A stretch of DNA of 64,000 nt from an uncultured Bacilli bacterium (GCA_934149465.1 CAKPEZ010000005.1:12646-76645), one strand, 5' to 3'. Positions 9,731 to 21,748 are shown, numbered from the stretch's first letter. Notes: generated by a model from the letters alone, not told the origin. Program-made: numbers and translations.

Positions 9731-10001
9731 TTATCATGATATTATAATCGCCCCTATTATTACAGAAAAAAGCGCTAGTTTAGAACAAAAAGGAACTTAT
9801 GTTTTTAAAGTAGCTAATAAAGCTAATAAAACTGAAATTAAACAAGCTATTGAAAAGATATTTGGTGTTAAAGTTGTAAATGTTACTACATTAAATGTTC
9901 ATCCTAAGAAAAAAAGAGTTGGACGTTATACTGGTATGTCAAATAAATATAAGAAAGCTTACGTTAAGTTAGCTGAAGGAAATACTATTAATATAGACTA
10001 G
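9723..10001 (+). CDS. rplW: 50S ribosomal protein L23
   Basis: The true start is ATG 9723 (MSNYHDIIIAPIITEKS), after the GAGGAGGTG SD. The track start at 9705 lies inside the SD region. Overlaps the rplD stop. Confidence 0.95.
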   Translation: MSNYHDIIIAPIITEKSASLEQKGTYVFKVANKANKTEIKQAIEKIFGVKVVNVTTLNVHPKKKRVGRYTGMSNKYKKAYVKLAEGNTINID

Positions 10002-10019
10002 TATAAGGAGGATTAGAAG

Positions 10020-10853
10020 ATGGCCATAAAAATATATAAAGCTATTACTAATGGAACTCGTGGAAAAAGTACTCTTGTTAATGAAACTATTACCAAGACT
10101 ACTCCAGAAAAGAGTTTAGTAGTAATTAAGAAAAAAACAAACGGACGTAATAATCAAGGCAAAATTACGGTAAGACATCGTTCTGGTGGCGTAAAGAGAA
10201 AATATCGTTTAATTGACTTCAAAAGAGTTAAAGATGGTGTTCCTGCTATTGTAAAAAGCATTGAATATGATCCAAATAGATCAGCTAATATTGCTTTAAT
10301 TAGCTACAAAGATGGTGTAAAAGCTTATATTATTGCTCCAAAAGATTTAAAAGTTGGAGATATTGTTGAAAGTGGAGAAAACATTGATATTAAATTAGGA
10401 AATGTTCTTCCTATTATGAATATTCCTGTTGGTACTGTCATTCACAATATCGAATTAAAACCTGGTAAAGGTGGACAATTAGCACGTTCTGCTGGTAGTT
10501 CAGCACAAATTTTAGGACGTGAAGGAAAATATGTACTAATAAGATTAAATAGTGGTGAAACAAGAAAGATTTTAGGTACTTGTCGTGCTACTATTGGTGT
10601 TGTTGGTAATGAAGATTATGAATTAGTAAGTTTAGGTAAAGCTGGTCGTACTCGTCATATGGGTATAAGACCAACAGTTCGTGGTAGTGTTATGAACCCT
10701 AACGATCACCCACATGGTGGTGGAGAAGGTCGTGCACCTATTGGACGTTCTGGCCCAATGACTCCTTGGGGTAAACCTGCACTTGGATTAAAGACAAGAA
10801 AAAATAAAAAAGCTTCAGATAAATTAATTGTTACTCGTCGTAAGAAGAAATAA
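10020..10853 (+). CDS. rplB: 50S ribosomal protein L2
   Basis: Translation ([15 protein letters not shown]). Confidence 0.97.
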   Translation: MAIKIYKAITNGTRGKSTLVNETITKTTPEKSLVVIKKKTNGRNNQGKITVRHRSGGVKRKYRLIDFKRVKDGVPAIVKSIEYDPNRSANIALISYKDGVKAYIIAPKDLKVGDIVESGENIDIKLGNVLPIMNIPVGTVIHNIELKPGKGGQLARSAGSSAQILGREGKYVLIRLNSGETRKILGTCRATIGVVGNEDYELVSLGKAGRTRHMGIRPTVRGSVMNPNDHPHGGGEGRAPIGRSGPMTPWGKPALGLKTRKNKKASDKLIVTRRKKK

Positions 10854-10870
10854 AGAAAGGATGATTTAAA

Positions 10871-11140
10871 ATGGCAAGAAGTTTAAAAAAAGGACCTTAT
10901 GTCTTTGATAGATTATTAAAAAAAGTACAAGAATTAAATGCTTCTTCTAAAAAAGAAGTTATAAAAACTTGGTCTCGTCGTTCAACAATTTATCCTGATT
11001 TTATCGGACACACATTTGCGGTTCATAATGGAAAAGAATTTATTCCTGTTTATGTAACTGAAGATATGGTTGGACATAAACTAGGTGAATTTGCATTAAC
11101 TCGTAAATTTGGTGGACACGGCGAAAACAAAGTTAAATAG
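10871..11140 (+). CDS. rpsS: 30S ribosomal protein S19
   Basis: [11 protein letters not shown]... translation. Confidence 0.97.
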   Translation: MARSLKKGPYVFDRLLKKVQELNASSKKEVIKTWSRRSTIYPDFIGHTFAVHNGKEFIPVYVTEDMVGHKLGEFALTRKFGGHGENKVK

Positions 11141-11170
11141 TTTGAATACTTCAAGGAAGGAGAGTAAAAA

Positions 11171-11509
11171 ATGGAAGCAAAAGCAATCCTAAAGATGGAA
11201 AGAATTGCTCCTAGAAAAGCACGCCTTGTAATCGATTTAATTCGAGGAAAAGATGTTGCTTTAGCTAAAGCAATTTTAAATAATCAAACTCAAAAAGCAG
11301 CATTTATTATTAATAAAGTTTTAGATTCAGCTGTGGCAAATGCTGTTAATAATTTAAAATTAGATGAAAAGAAATTATATGTAAAAGAGTGCTACGTTAA
11401 TGAAGGCCAAGTTATGAAGAGAGTTATGTTTGATTCTCGTGGTCATGTAGGACGTAAAGATAAGAAAACTAGTCACATTACAATAGTAGTTAGTGATGAA
11501 CGTAAGTAA
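11171..11509 (+). CDS. rplV: 50S ribosomal protein L22
   Basis: Translation and operon order. Confidence 0.96.
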   Translation: MEAKAILKMERIAPRKARLVIDLIRGKDVALAKAILNNQTQKAAFIINKVLDSAVANAVNNLKLDEKKLYVKECYVNEGQVMKRVMFDSRGHVGRKDKKTSHITIVVSDERK

Positions 11510-11523
11510 AGGAGGAAAGTACT

Positions 11524-12198
11524 TTGGGACAAAAAGTTAGTCCAGTAGGACTTAGAATTGGAATTAACAAAGACTGGGAATCTAAGTGGTATGCTAAAAG
11601 CAATAATTTTCCTAAATATTTATTAAATGATAATAAGATTCGTAAGTATTTGTTAAAAAAATATAAAAATGCTGGAATTTCTTCTATTGTTATTGAAAGA
11701 AATAAAAAGAGAACTGAAATTTTTATTCATGCATCACGTGTTGGCTTAATTATCGGTCAAAATGGTGCAGAAATTGAAGAAACAAAGAAAGAAATTAGTA
11801 AATTAGTAAAAGAAGAAAATATACAAATTACCATAGTTGAAGTAAAAAATCCTGATCTAGTTGCTCAATTAGTTGCAGATAATATTGCACATCAAATTGA
11901 AAACAGAGCATCATTTAGAGTAGTACAAAAGAAAGCTATTAGAAACGCTATGAAAGCTGGTGCTAAAGGAATTAAGACTTTAGTATCTGGTCGTCTTGGC
12001 GGTGCTGAGATTGCTCGTGGTGAAGGTTATTCAGAAGGAACTATCCCTCTACATACTTTAAGAGCCGATATCGATTATGCTACTAGTGAAGCTGATACTA
12101 CTTATGGTAAGATTGGTGTAAAAGTATGGATTTACAAAGGTGAAATCCTAGATGGAAAGAAGGAGGAAGAAAAAAATGCTAACTCCAAAAAGAACTAA
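11524..12198 (+). CDS. rpsC: 30S ribosomal protein S3 (TTG start)
   Basis: TTG GGA CAA AAA gives [13 protein letters not shown], the canonical S3 N terminus. AAGGAGGAAA SD upstream. Confidence 0.96.
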   Translation: MGQKVSPVGLRIGINKDWESKWYAKSNNFPKYLLNDNKIRKYLLKKYKNAGISSIVIERNKKRTEIFIHASRVGLIIGQNGAEIEETKKEISKLVKEENIQITIVEVKNPDLVAQLVADNIAHQIENRASFRVVQKKAIRNAMKAGAKGIKTLVSGRLGGAEIARGEGYSEGTIPLHTLRADIDYATSEADTTYGKIGVKVWIYKGEILDGKKEEEKNANSKKN

Positions 12199-12604
12199 AT
12201 ATCGTAAACCATTTAGAATTAAATATGATGGTAAAGCTAAAGGTAATACTGAATTACATTTTGGTGATTATGGATTAATGGCAAAAGAAGGAGCTTGGAT
12301 TACTGATAAGCAAATTGAAGCTGCTCGTGTTGCTATGACAAGATATATGAAACGTGGTGGTAAAGTTTGGGTTAACATTTTCCCTCATTTATCACTTACT
12401 AAAAAACCTCTTGAAACTCGTCAAGGTAAAGGTAAAGGTAATCCAGAAGTTTGGGTTGCAGTAGTAAAAGAAGGAAAGATTATGTTTGAAGTTGGAGAAG
12501 TTACTGAAGATGTTGCTCGTGAAGCTTTAAGACTTGCTATGCATAAACTTCCTGTAAAATGTAAATTTGTAAAAAAAGATGGTGGTGTCGCAAATGAAAA
12601 TTAA
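12176..12604 (+). CDS. rplP: 50S ribosomal protein L16
   Basis: The true start is ATG 12176 ([11 protein letters not shown]), after the GAAGGAGGAAG SD. Overlaps the rpsC 3' end. Confidence 0.96.
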   Translation: MLTPKRTKYRKPFRIKYDGKAKGNTELHFGDYGLMAKEGAWITDKQIEAARVAMTRYMKRGGKVWVNIFPHLSLTKKPLETRQGKGKGNPEVWVAVVKEGKIMFEVGEVTEDVAREALRLAMHKLPVKCKFVKKDGGVANEN

Positions 12605-12818
12605 TGAAATAAGAAAATTAACCACAGAAGAAATTGTTAAGAAAATCGATGAAACAAAGAAAGAGTTACTTAATCTTCGCTTTAAGCAAGCTACTGGTTC
12701 TATCGAAAAACCTACGGTTATTAGAGATTTAAGACACACTGTAGCAAGATTAAAAACTGTTTTAAGAGAACGTGAAATTGGTATTGAAGGAGGAGATCCT
12801 AATGCTAGAACAAAGTAA
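12594..12818 (+). CDS. rpmC: 50S ribosomal protein L29
   Basis: The true start is ATG 12594 ([13 protein letters not shown]). Overlaps the rplP stop. Confidence 0.93.
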   Translation: MKINEIRKLTTEEIVKKIDETKKELLNLRFKQATGSIEKPTVIRDLRHTVARLKTVLREREIGIEGGDPNARTK

Positions 12819-13062
12819 GCGTGAAATTATTGGCGTTGTTGTAAGTGATAAAGCTGATAAAACAATTACCGTTAAAGTAGAAACTTATAAAACTGACCCA
12901 TTATATAAAAAACGTATTAAATATTCAAAAAAGTATTCAGCTCATGATGAAAAGAATGAAGCTAAAGTTGGCGATAAGGTTTTATTAGAAATGACTAGAC
13001 CTTTATCTAAAACTAAGAGATATCGTTTAGTAAAAGTTATCGAAAAAGCTGTTATACTATAA
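12802..13062 (+). CDS. rpsQ: 30S ribosomal protein S17
   Basis: The true start is ATG 12802 ([17 protein letters not shown]), after the GAAGGAGGAG SD. Overlaps the rpmC 3' end. Confidence 0.94.
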   Translation: MLEQSKREIIGVVVSDKADKTITVKVETYKTDPLYKKRIKYSKKYSAHDEKNEAKVGDKVLLEMTRPLSKTKRYRLVKVIEKAVIL

Positions 13063-13089
13063 CTCTAAATTGATAAAGGAGGAGAATTT

Positions 13090-13458
13090 ATGGTTCAACA
13101 AGAAAGCCGTTTAAAAGTGGCTGATAATTCTGGTGCTCGTGAACTATTAGTTATTAGAGTACTAGGTGGAAGTAAAGTAAAAACAGGTAATATTGGCGAT
13201 ATAGTTGTTGGTACTGTTAAAAAGGCTACTCCTAATGGTAACATCAAAGCTGGAAAAGTAGTAAAAGCTGTTATTGTTAGAAGTAAATTTGGCGTAAGAA
13301 GAGAAGACGGAAGTTATATTAAATTCGATGATAATGCATGTGTATTAATTAAAGATGATAAAACTCCTGTTGGAACTCGTGTTTTAGGTCCAGTAGCTCG
13401 TGAATTAAGAGATAAAGACTTTATGAAGATTATAAGTCTTGCTAAAGATGTGCTATAA
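13090..13458 (+). CDS. rplN: 50S ribosomal protein L14
   Basis: [16 protein letters not shown]... translation. Confidence 0.97.
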   Translation: MVQQESRLKVADNSGARELLVIRVLGGSKVKTGNIGDIVVGTVKKATPNGNIKAGKVVKAVIVRSKFGVRREDGSYIKFDDNACVLIKDDKTPVGTRVLGPVARELRDKDFMKIISLAKDVL

Positions 13459-13481
13459 AGCCTGTTAGGGAGGAAATAAAC

Positions 13482-13787
13482 ATGAATCTAAAAAAAGGTG
13501 ATAAGGTAAAAGTAATTGCCGGTGCAAATAAAGGCAAAGAAGGACTAATTACTAAAGTATTAGATGAAAAAGTTATTGTTGAAGGTGTAAATGTTCATAA
13601 GTTTCATTTAAAACCTAGAACTAATAATGGAAATGGTGAAATAGTTGAAAGAGAAGCACCTATTCATGCATCTAATGTAATGATAATTGATCCAAAAACA
13701 AAAAAACCTACAAGAATCTATCATGATGTTGATAAAAAAGGCAAAAAAATTAGAATGTCTAGAAAATCTAATGAGAAGATTGACTAA
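13482..13787 (+). CDS. rplX: 50S ribosomal protein L24
   Basis: KKGDKVKVIAGANKGKEG KOW motif. Confidence 0.96.
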   Translation: MNLKKGDKVKVIAGANKGKEGLITKVLDEKVIVEGVNVHKFHLKPRTNNGNGEIVEREAPIHASNVMIIDPKTKKPTRIYHDVDKKGKKIRMSRKSNEKID

Positions 13788-13805
13788 TTTGGAAGGAGGG
13801 TATTT

Positions 13806-14345
13806 ATGAACCGCCTAAAGGAAAAATATGTAAAAGAAGTTGTTCCAAGTTTAATGGAAAAATATAATTACAAGACTGTTATGTTAGTACCAAAAATTGA
13901 AAAAATTGTTGTTAATATGGGTGTTGGAGATAGTCTTCAAAACTCAAAATTATTAGAAGCAGCTGTAAGTGATCTAGAAGCTATTACAGGTCAAAAAGCT
14001 GTAACTACTAAAGCAAAGAAATCTATTGCTTCATTCAAGTTAAGAGAAGGACAAACAATTGGTTGTAAAGTAACTTTAAGAGGAGAAAAAATGTATAATT
14101 TCTTGGATAAGTTAATTTCAATTAGTCTTCCTCGGGTAAGAGATTTTAGAGGTCTTTCACCTAGAGCATTTGATGGACGTGGAAATTATACAATAGGTAT
14201 TAAAGAACAATTAATATTCTCAGAAATTGAATTTGATAATGTTGTTAAAGTACGTGGAATGGATATTGTAATTGTTACAACAGCAAAAAGTAATGAAGAA
14301 GCTTTTGATTTGTTAAATAATCTTGGAATACCTTTTAGGAAATAA
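13806..14345 (+). CDS. rplE: 50S ribosomal protein L5
   Basis: Translation (NRLKEKY..., [16 protein letters not shown]). Confidence 0.97.
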   Translation: MNRLKEKYVKEVVPSLMEKYNYKTVMLVPKIEKIVVNMGVGDSLQNSKLLEAAVSDLEAITGQKAVTTKAKKSIASFKLREGQTIGCKVTLRGEKMYNFLDKLISISLPRVRDFRGLSPRAFDGRGNYTIGIKEQLIFSEIEFDNVVKVRGMDIVIVTTAKSNEEAFDLLNNLGIPFRK

Positions 14346-14361
14346 TTCGAGGAGGAAAATA

Positions 14362-14547
14362 ATGGCAAAAAAAAGTATGATTGTAAAATCACAAAAAGAA
14401 CCAAAATTTAAAGTTAGAAAATATACTCGTTGCAGTATTTGTGGAAGACCACATGCCGTTATGAGTAAATTTGGAATCTGCCGTATTTGTTTTAGAGAAT
14501 TAGCTTCTAAAGGACAAATACCAGGTGTAAAAAAATCAAGTTGGTAA
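14362..14547 (+). CDS. rpsN: 30S ribosomal protein S14, zinc-binding type Z (61 aa)
   Basis: The true start is ATG 14362 ([11 protein letters not shown]...). CxxC...CxxC motif (CSICGRP...CRIC). Confidence 0.95.
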   Translation: MAKKSMIVKSQKEPKFKVRKYTRCSICGRPHAVMSKFGICRICFRELASKGQIPGVKKSSW

Positions 14548-14570
14548 GAATTGGAAGGAGGAATTCAGAT

Positions 14571-14969
14571 ATGATAGTAACTGACCCAATTGCAGATATG
14601 CTAACACGTATTCGTAATGCTAATCAAATGCGTTATCAAGAAGTGTTAATTCCATCATCTAATATGAAAGTAGAAATTGCTAAGATATTAAAAGATGAAG
14701 GTTTTATTGAAAATTATAAAATAGAAAAAAATGATGTTCAAGATAATATCGTATTAACATTAAAATATGGACACAATAAAGAAAGAGTAATTACTGGATT
14801 AAAACGTATCTCTAAACCTGGTCTTAGAGTCTATGTAAAAGTAGAGGATATACCAACTGTTTTAAATGGTTTAGGAATTGCTATTATTTCAACACCAAAA
14901 GGAATTATGACAGATAAAAATGCTCGTAAGAATAATGTTGGTGGAGAAGTATTAGCGTATATTTGGTAA
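14571..14969 (+). CDS. rpsH: 30S ribosomal protein S8
   Basis: The true start is ATG 14571 ([17 protein letters not shown]), after the GGAAGGAGG SD. Confidence 0.96.
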   Translation: MIVTDPIADMLTRIRNANQMRYQEVLIPSSNMKVEIAKILKDEGFIENYKIEKNDVQDNIVLTLKYGHNKERVITGLKRISKPGLRVYVKVEDIPTVLNGLGIAIISTPKGIMTDKNARKNNVGGEVLAYIW

Positions 14970-14994
14970 TAAATAATAAAAGGAGGTGTCTCAT

Positions 14995-15534
14995 ATGAGT
15001 CGTATTGGAAATAGAATTTTGACAATACCAGAAAATGTTAATGTTGAAATAAATAATAATATTGTTACTGTAAAAGGACCTAAGGGAGAATTGTCTTGTC
15101 CTATTGCTAAGAACATTTCTGTAAGTGTTCAAGATGGCAAAGTAACTGTTAAAAGAGCAAATGAAGATAAAGTAACTAAACAAATGCATGGTACTACTAA
15201 TGCTAATATCAAAAATATGATTATTGGTGTAAGTGAGGGCTATAAGAAGGGCTTAGAAATAATTGGTGTAGGTTATCGTTTTACTCCTAAGGGAAATACC
15301 TTAACAATTAATGCTGGTTATTCTCATCCTGTTGATATGGAAGTTCCTACTGGTCTTTCAATTAAAGGTATTAGTAATACTGAAATTGAAATTGAAGGAA
15401 TTGATAAGTGCGCTGTTGGTGAATTTGCTGCTAATATCAGAAAAGTAAGAGAACCAGAACCTTATAAGGGTAAAGGTATTAAATACAAAGATGAACATAT
15501 CCGTCGTAAAGAAGGAAAAAAGGCATCTAAGTAA
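14995..15534 (+). CDS. rplF: 50S ribosomal protein L6
   Basis: The true start is ATG 14995 (MSRIGNRIL). The track start GTG 14986 lies inside the AGGAGGTG SD. Confidence 0.96.
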   Translation: MSRIGNRILTIPENVNVEINNNIVTVKGPKGELSCPIAKNISVSVQDGKVTVKRANEDKVTKQMHGTTNANIKNMIIGVSEGYKKGLEIIGVGYRFTPKGNTLTINAGYSHPVDMEVPTGLSIKGISNTEIEIEGIDKCAVGEFAANIRKVREPEPYKGKGIKYKDEHIRRKEGKKASK

Positions 15535-15558
15535 ATGTGAAAAAAGGAGAGTATATTT

Positions 15559-15921
15559 ATGATAAATAAAAATTCTCGTAATGAAATGCGTGTTGTTAGA
15601 CATAAACGTATCAGAGAAGATTTATCTGGTACTGCTGAAAGACCTAGACTTTGTGTATTTAGATCTAATTCACATATTGAAGCTCAAATTATTGATGATG
15701 AAAAGAAAGTTACTTTAGTTAGTGCTTCAACTAAAGAAAAAGAATTAAATATTAAAAATGGTGGAAATATTGAAGCTGCTAAAAAGTTAGGTGCTGAGAT
15801 AGCAAAGCGCGCTAAGAAAGCTAAAATTACGAAAGTTGTATTTGATAGAGGTGGATACCTATATCATGGTCGTGTTGAAGCTCTTGCAGATTCTGCACGT
15901 GAAAATGGATTAGAGTTCTAG
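15559..15921 (+). CDS. rplR: 50S ribosomal protein L18
   Basis: Translation ([19 protein letters not shown]). Confidence 0.96.
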   Translation: MINKNSRNEMRVVRHKRIREDLSGTAERPRLCVFRSNSHIEAQIIDDEKKVTLVSASTKEKELNIKNGGNIEAAKKLGAEIAKRAKKAKITKVVFDRGGYLYHGRVEALADSARENGLEF

Positions 15922-15935
15922 TAAGGAGGATACTT

Positions 15936-16511
15936 ATGGAAGAAAATATTAAACAAACTACTACTGAACCTAAACAAGAAAATAGAAAACCACGTAGTAA
16001 TAAGAAATTCGATCGTTCTAATGCTCCTAAAAAGTTATTAGAAGAAAAAGTAATTGATATTAAGCGTGTTACTAAAGTTGTTAAAGGTGGTAGGCAATTC
16101 CGTTTTGCTGCTACTGTTGTAGTAGGAAACAGAAAAGGCAAAGTAGGTCTTGGTACTGGTAAAGCTAAAGAAATGCCAGATGCAGTTAAAAAGGCTACTC
16201 AAGCCGCATCAAAAAGATTAATCAATGTTTCTTTAATTGATAATCGTACTATTCCACATGAAGTTGTTGTTAAAGAGGGCGCTACTAAAGTTATGTTAAA
16301 ACCTGCTAAAGAAGGTACTGGAGTTAAAGCTGGAGGACCAGTTAGAGATGTATTAGAACTTGCTGGTATTAAAGATATCGTATCTAAGAGTCTTGGATCT
16401 AGTACAAAAGTTAATATGGCTAGAGCAACTATTAATGCATTAAAGAGTCAAAAGACTGTTGAAGAAATAGCTGCTTTAAGAGGAAAAACTAAAGAGGAGA
16501 TTTTAGGATAA
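15936..16511 (+). CDS. rpsE: 30S ribosomal protein S5 (with basic N-terminal extension)
   Basis: Translation ([19 protein letters not shown]). Confidence 0.96.
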   Translation: MEENIKQTTTEPKQENRKPRSNKKFDRSNAPKKLLEEKVIDIKRVTKVVKGGRQFRFAATVVVGNRKGKVGLGTGKAKEMPDAVKKATQAASKRLINVSLIDNRTIPHEVVVKEGATKVMLKPAKEGTGVKAGGPVRDVLELAGIKDIVSKSLGSSTKVNMARATINALKSQKTVEEIAALRGKTKEEILG

Positions 16512-16954
16512 TGAAATTAAATGAATTAAAACCAGCTTATGGTTCTGTAAAGGATCGTAAGAGAGTTGGTCGTGGTTCTGGTAGTGGAACTGGTAAAACA
16601 AGTGGAAAAGGACATAAAGGACAAAATGCTCGTAGTGGTGGAGGCGTAAGACCTGGATTTGAAGGTGGACAATTACCATTATTCAGAAGATTACCAAAAC
16701 GTGGCTTTAGTAATTATGAATTTAAAACTAGATATGCAACTGTTAATGTTGGTGATCTAGAAATGTTTGAAGAAGGAAAAGTAATAACTCTAGAAGAGTT
16801 AAAAAATGCTGGCTTAGTTAAGAAAGAATTAAGCGGTATAAAAATTTTAGGAAATGGTACTTTAACTAAAAAAATAAATGTTAAAGCAAATTGTTTTTCT
16901 GAAAGTGCTAAATCTAAAATAGAATCTGTTGGTGGGAAAATAGAGGTGATTTAG
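16511..16954 (+). CDS. rplO: 50S ribosomal protein L15
   Basis: [12 protein letters not shown]...[19 protein letters not shown]. Its start shares one base with the rpsE stop (TAATG). Confidence 0.96.
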   Translation: MKLNELKPAYGSVKDRKRVGRGSGSGTGKTSGKGHKGQNARSGGGVRPGFEGGQLPLFRRLPKRGFSNYEFKTRYATVNVGDLEMFEEGKVITLEELKNAGLVKKELSGIKILGNGTLTKKINVKANCFSESAKSKIESVGGKIEVI

Positions 16955-18205
16955 ATGTTTAAAACTCTACATCAAATATTTAATCCCAAAAACAAAGATC
17001 TAAGAAAGAGAATATTATTTACATTATTTGGTTTATTTATATTTGCAGTTGGAACTACTATTACTGTTCCAGGAACTAAAGGAATTATTTCTGATTTAGG
17101 TTTCTTAGAATTAATTAATGTCATGAGTGGTGGAGCTTTAAAGAAATTCTCCATTTTTGGCTTAGGAGTAATGCCTTATATCTCTGCTTCTATTATAGTA
17201 AGCTTATTACAGATGGACATTATTCCTTATTTCTCTGAACTTAAAGAAGAAGGTGCTGCTGGAAGACAAAAAATAAATAAAATAACTAGATACATGGGAA
17301 TTATAATTGCCTTTATTCAAGGCTTTGCAATGGCATTTGCTTTTGGTATTAAGGGTAATGCTTGGGAATATTTGAGAATTGCTACTATAATGACTGGTGG
17401 AACTGCTTTCTTATTATGGCTTGGTGATCAAATGACTCAAAAAGGTATTGGTAATGGTATGTCATTAATAATTATGGCTGGTATTATTAATACTATTCCT
17501 CAGATGTTTATTGATGCTTTTAATTCATTAGTAATTGATAATTCATCTTTATTTGTAGGAATTATTTCCTTTGTAGTATTTATTCTAGTATATTTGCTTA
17601 TTATTGTTGGAATTATTTGGGTAGAACAATCTGAAAGAAGAATTCCTATACAGTATGCAAATCAAACAATGGCAGCTTATGGAAATAAGCAATCTTATAT
17701 TCCATTTAAATTAGATTCTTCTGGAGTTACTCCAGTAATCTTTGCATCTGCTGTTATTGCTGCTCCTAGTTTTATTGCAAATATTATTAAAAACGAAAAT
17801 TTTACAAATTTTGTTAATAATTACATTAATTATACTTCAGTAACTGGTTTTATCTTGTATATATTATGTATTTTATTCTTCTGTTATTTCTATACTTTCT
17901 TACAATTATCACCTGATGAATTATCTAAGAATTTGAGTAAGAATGGTGGTTATATTCCAGGAATACGACCTGGTAAGGAAACTGCAAAATATATAAAGAC
18001 AGTATTATCAAGAATTACTTTACTTGGTTCATTGTTCTTAATTATTATTGCAGGAATGCCAATTATATTTAGTAATGTATCTTCACTTCCTACTAGTGTT
18101 AGCATTGGTGGAACAGGAGTATTAATTATTGTTGGTGTTGCTCTTGAAACATATAAACAACTAGAAAGTAGTTTAGTAAATCGTAATTATAAAGGTGGTA
18201 GGTAA
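16955..18205 (+). CDS. secY: preprotein translocase subunit SecY
   Basis: Ten-helix membrane protein in the canonical position after rplO. Confidence 0.95.
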   Translation: MFKTLHQIFNPKNKDLRKRILFTLFGLFIFAVGTTITVPGTKGIISDLGFLELINVMSGGALKKFSIFGLGVMPYISASIIVSLLQMDIIPYFSELKEEGAAGRQKINKITRYMGIIIAFIQGFAMAFAFGIKGNAWEYLRIATIMTGGTAFLLWLGDQMTQKGIGNGMSLIIMAGIINTIPQMFIDAFNSLVIDNSSLFVGIISFVVFILVYLLIIVGIIWVEQSERRIPIQYANQTMAAYGNKQSYIPFKLDSSGVTPVIFASAVIAAPSFIANIIKNENFTNFVNNYINYTSVTGFILYILCILFFCYFYTFLQLSPDELSKNLSKNGGYIPGIRPGKETAKYIKTVLSRITLLGSLFLIIIAGMPIIFSNVSSLPTSVSIGGTGVLIIVGVALETYKQLESSLVNRNYKGGR

Positions 18206-18206
18206 G

Positions 18207-18860
18207 ATGAAGAATATTATATTTATTGCTCCTCCTGCTGCAGGTAAGGGAACAATGTCTTCAATGCTTAGCGAAGAATATAATATTCCTCATATATCTA
18301 CTGGCGATTTACTTAGAGAAGAATCTTTGAAAGATACTCCTCTTGGTAGGGAGATAAAAGAAAAGATAGAACAAGGGAAATTTGTTAATGATGAAATAAT
18401 GACAGAGCTTTTAATAAATAGATTAACTAAACCCGATTGTGATAATGGTTATATTTTAGATGGATATCCTAGAAATTTGAAACAAGCTAAAATCTATGAA
18501 GATATTTTAGATAAACTAGATAAAGAACTAGGATTAGTAATTTATTTAAATATTGATAAGAACCTAGCTTTAAAGAGAATGAGTGGTCGTGTTGTATGTT
18601 CTAATTGTAGTGCTAGTTATAATCTTAATAATAAAGAGTTAGCTCCAAGAAAAGTTGGAATATGTGATCGATGTGGTCATACTTTATCAGCTAGAGCTGA
18701 TGATAATGAGTCAACTTTCTTAGAAAGATTTGATACTTATCTTAATAAAACTAGTGAACTAATTAATTATTATAATAATAAAAATGTTCTAAAAAAAGTT
18801 GATATATTAAATGATAGCACTGCGCTAGATACTTACAATAAAATAAAGGAAATGTTTTAA
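18207..18860 (+). CDS. adk: adenylate kinase (Cys4 zinc lid)
   Basis: The true start is ATG 18207 (MKNIIFIAPPAAGKGT). Lid motif CSNC...CDRC. Confidence 0.95.
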   Translation: MKNIIFIAPPAAGKGTMSSMLSEEYNIPHISTGDLLREESLKDTPLGREIKEKIEQGKFVNDEIMTELLINRLTKPDCDNGYILDGYPRNLKQAKIYEDILDKLDKELGLVIYLNIDKNLALKRMSGRVVCSNCSASYNLNNKELAPRKVGICDRCGHTLSARADDNESTFLERFDTYLNKTSELINYYNNKNVLKKVDILNDSTALDTYNKIKEMF

Positions 18861-19619
18861 ATGATAAGTATAAAAAGTAATTATGAAATAGATCTTATGA
18901 AAAAAGCTGGTCATATTGTATATGAAACTCATAAGTATTTAAAACCTTATTTAAAACCTGGAATAACTACTTTAGAATTAGACAAACTTGCTAATGATTT
19001 TATCATAAGTAAGGGTGCTACTTCTTCAGTATATGGGTACGAAGGCTATCCTGCACATGTTTGTATATCGGTTAATGATGAAGTTGTTCATGGTATTCCA
19101 TCTAAAAGAAAACTAAAAGATGGTGATATCGTTTCAATTGATATATGTGCTTGTTATAAAGGGTATCATGGAGATTCTGCTTGGAGTTATGGTGTAGGGA
19201 AATTAAGTAAGGAAAATGAGTACTTACTAGAACATACTGAAAAAGCTTTGTATGAAGGACTAAAAAAAGTACAGCCGGGAAATCATATTGGCGATATATC
19301 TTCAGCAATTGAAGAATATGCTCTTAAACATAAATTAGGAGTTGTTAAAGAACTTGTTGGTCATGGGGTTGGAAGCAATCTTCATGAAGATCCTGATGTT
19401 CCTAATTATGGTATTAAAGGAACTGGTCCAATATTAAAAGAGGGAATGACAATAGCAATAGAACCTATGTTAAATTTAGGAACGGCTGATATATTTATTC
19501 TTGATGATGACTGGACAATAGTGACTGGTGATAATTTACCATCGGCTCACTTTGAACATACTGTTCTTGTAACCAGTAATGGCTATAAAATATTGACAGG
19601 AGATGAAAATGATGAGTAA
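18861..19619 (+). CDS. map: type I methionine aminopeptidase
   Basis: Translation and its position after adk. Confidence 0.95.
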   Translation: MISIKSNYEIDLMKKAGHIVYETHKYLKPYLKPGITTLELDKLANDFIISKGATSSVYGYEGYPAHVCISVNDEVVHGIPSKRKLKDGDIVSIDICACYKGYHGDSAWSYGVGKLSKENEYLLEHTEKALYEGLKKVQPGNHIGDISSAIEEYALKHKLGVVKELVGHGVGSNLHEDPDVPNYGIKGTGPILKEGMTIAIEPMLNLGTADIFILDDDWTIVTGDNLPSAHFEHTVLVTSNGYKILTGDENDE

Positions 19620-19830
19620 AGAAGATACTATTGAAGTAGAAGGTAAAGTATTAGAAATATTACCTGGTGGTAAGTTTAAAGTACAACTTTCTAATGGTCA
19701 CATTGTAGGAGAGGCCCACGTTTCTGGTAAAATGCGAGTAAACAATATTCGTATTTTACAAGGTGATAATGTCGTACTTGAAATATCAACATACGATTTA
19801 ACACGTGGACGAATTATTTATAGAAAATAA
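19612..19830 (+). CDS. infA: translation initiation factor IF-1
   Basis: [15 protein letters not shown]... is the canonical IF-1 N terminus. The start overlaps the map stop. ATG 19603 and 19609 are in-frame alternatives. Confidence 0.93.
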   Translation: MSKEDTIEVEGKVLEILPGGKFKVQLSNGHIVGEAHVSGKMRVNNIRILQGDNVVLEISTYDLTRGRIIYRK

Positions 19831-19847
19831 AATAGGAGGAATTAATT

Positions 19848-19961
19848 ATGAAGATTAGACCGTCAGTAAAACCTATGTGTGAAAAATGTAAAATCATTAA
19901 AAGAAAAGGAAAAGTAATGGTTATTTGTGAAAATCCAAAACACAAACAAAAACAAGGGTAA
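19848..19961 (+). CDS. rpmJ: 50S ribosomal protein L36 (37 aa), not in the ORF track
   Basis: [46 protein letters not shown] upstream. Confidence 0.95.
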   Translation: MKIRPSVKPMCEKCKIIKRKGKVMVICENPKHKQKQG

Positions 19962-19976
19962 GGAAGGAGAAAGTTT

Positions 19977-20342
19977 ATGGCACGTATTAAGGGTGTTGAA
20001 TTACCTAATGATAAAAGAGTAGAAATTTCTTTAACTTATATCTATGGTATAGGTAGAAATTTGTCAAATGAAATTTTAAAAAATGCTAATGTTGATCCAG
20101 ATAAAAAAACTAAAGATTTATCTGAAGAGGAATTAACACGTCTTAGAGATGAAATTAATAAGCATTTAGTTGAAGGTGAACTTCGTCGTGAAGTTAATAT
20201 GAACATTAAAACTAAGATGGAAATTAATTCATATCAAGGAACTAGACATAAAAAGAATTTACCTGTAAGAGGTCAAAGAACTAATCGTAATGCTAGAACT
20301 CGTAAAGGTAAAGGAAAAGTTGTCGCTAATAAGAAAAAATAA
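19977..20342 (+). CDS. rpsM: 30S ribosomal protein S13
   Basis: [15 protein letters not shown]... translation. Confidence 0.97.
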   Translation: MARIKGVELPNDKRVEISLTYIYGIGRNLSNEILKNANVDPDKKTKDLSEEELTRLRDEINKHLVEGELRREVNMNIKTKMEINSYQGTRHKKNLPVRGQRTNRNARTRKGKGKVVANKKK

Positions 20343-20369
20343 TAAATAAATAATAAGGAGGAAAGAATT

Positions 20370-20753
20370 ATGGCTTATAAAGCAAGGAAACGTAAAGTTA
20401 AGAAAAACGTTCCAGAAGGTGAAGCTCATATTCATTCAACATTTAATAATACTATTGTAACTATCACTGATAAAGAAGGCAATGTTATTAGTTGGGCATC
20501 AGCTGGTACTCTTGGAATTAAAGGAAGTAAGAAATCTACTCCATATGCTGCTGGTACAGCTGCAGAAGCTGCTGGTAAAGCTGCTAAAGATGCTGGAATG
20601 AAAAAAGTAGATGTTTTTGTAAAAGGATTAGGTTCTGGACGTGAAATGGCAATTCGTTCACTTCAAACTGCAGGCTTAGAAATTGCTACTATTACAGATG
20701 TAACACCTATTCCACATAATGGATGTCGCCCACCAAAAAGACGTCGTGGATAA
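20370..20753 (+). CDS. rpsK: 30S ribosomal protein S11
   Basis: Translation ([15 protein letters not shown]...). Confidence 0.97.
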   Translation: MAYKARKRKVKKNVPEGEAHIHSTFNNTIVTITDKEGNVISWASAGTLGIKGSKKSTPYAAGTAAEAAGKAAKDAGMKKVDVFVKGLGSGREMAIRSLQTAGLEIATITDVTPIPHNGCRPPKRRRG

Positions 20754-20771
20754 TAAGAAAGGGAGTGTGTT

Positions 20772-21728
20772 ATGTTAAAATTTGAAAAACCTGAATATAA
20801 GGTAACTGAATATATTGAAAGTAATCACTATGGAAAATTTGAAATTGAACCTTTAGAAAGAGGTTTTGGTACAACTTTAGGAAATGCACTTAGAAGAGTA
20901 TTGTTATCATCTTTACCAGGTGATGCTATTACTAGTGTAAAAATCGATGGAGTAGCTCATGAATTTCAAAAAATTGATGGTGTTATTGAAGATGTAACGC
21001 AAATAGTTTTAAACTTGAAAAATGTTGTTTTAAAAAATCACTCTAAAGATAATAACAAAATATTAAGATTAACTGCCAATAAACCAGGAGTAGTTACTGC
21101 TGGTGATATTGAACCAGATGCTGATATTGAAATACTAAATAAAGATCAAGTTATTTTAACTTTAGCTGAAGGTGGAAAAATCAATATGGAAATGACTATT
21201 GGAAGTGGTCGTGGTTATGTAAGGGCTGAAGAAAATAAGAAATTATTTGCTGATCGTTCTAAAATAAATGTAATTGCGATCGATTCATTATATTCTCCTA
21301 TTGAAAGAATCAATTATGAAGTAGAAGCTGCTCGTGTAGGTCAAAATAATAATTATGATAAATTAATTCTTGAGATTTGGACAAATGGTTCTATTTCTCC
21401 TGAAGAATCAATTGCACTTGCTAGTCAGATATTAATAGAGCATTTACAATTACTTACAAATTTAAGTGAAATTTCTGATGTTACTGGTTTAATGAGCTCT
21501 AAAGTAGAAGATCCTTCATTAAAGGCATTAGAAACTTCAATTGATGATTTAGATTTATCTGTAAGAGCTTATAATTGCTTAAAAAGAGCAGGTATTTTGA
21601 CATTACATGATTTGGTTGATAAGAGTGAAAATGAAATGATGAAAATCAGAAATTTAGGTAAAAAATCTTTAAAAGAAGTTATTGATAAAATTAAAGATAT
21701 GGGACTTAAATTTAGAGATGAAAATTAG
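20772..21728 (+). CDS. rpoA: DNA-directed RNA polymerase alpha subunit
   Basis: [19 protein letters not shown]-terminal domain and an [15 protein letters not shown]-terminal domain. Confidence 0.97.
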   Translation: MLKFEKPEYKVTEYIESNHYGKFEIEPLERGFGTTLGNALRRVLLSSLPGDAITSVKIDGVAHEFQKIDGVIEDVTQIVLNLKNVVLKNHSKDNNKILRLTANKPGVVTAGDIEPDADIEILNKDQVILTLAEGGKINMEMTIGSGRGYVRAEENKKLFADRSKINVIAIDSLYSPIERINYEVEAARVGQNNNYDKLILEIWTNGSISPEESIALASQILIEHLQLLTNLSEISDVTGLMSSKVEDPSLKALETSIDDLDLSVRAYNCLKRAGILTLHDLVDKSENEMMKIRNLGKKSLKEVIDKIKDMGLKFRDEN

Positions 21729-21748
21729 AAAGTAAGGAGGAAATAATT

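Noticed and set aside
9385-17154. Antisense ORFs inside ribosomal and secY genes (9385-9621, 12527-12739, 14186-14404, 14831-15025, 14905-15189, 15358-15603, 15827-16141, 16972-17154)
   Set aside because: All lie opposite highly conserved, certain genes. They lack SD sequences and have the Phe/Ile/Leu/Ser-rich composition expected from reading AT-rich coding DNA backwards.
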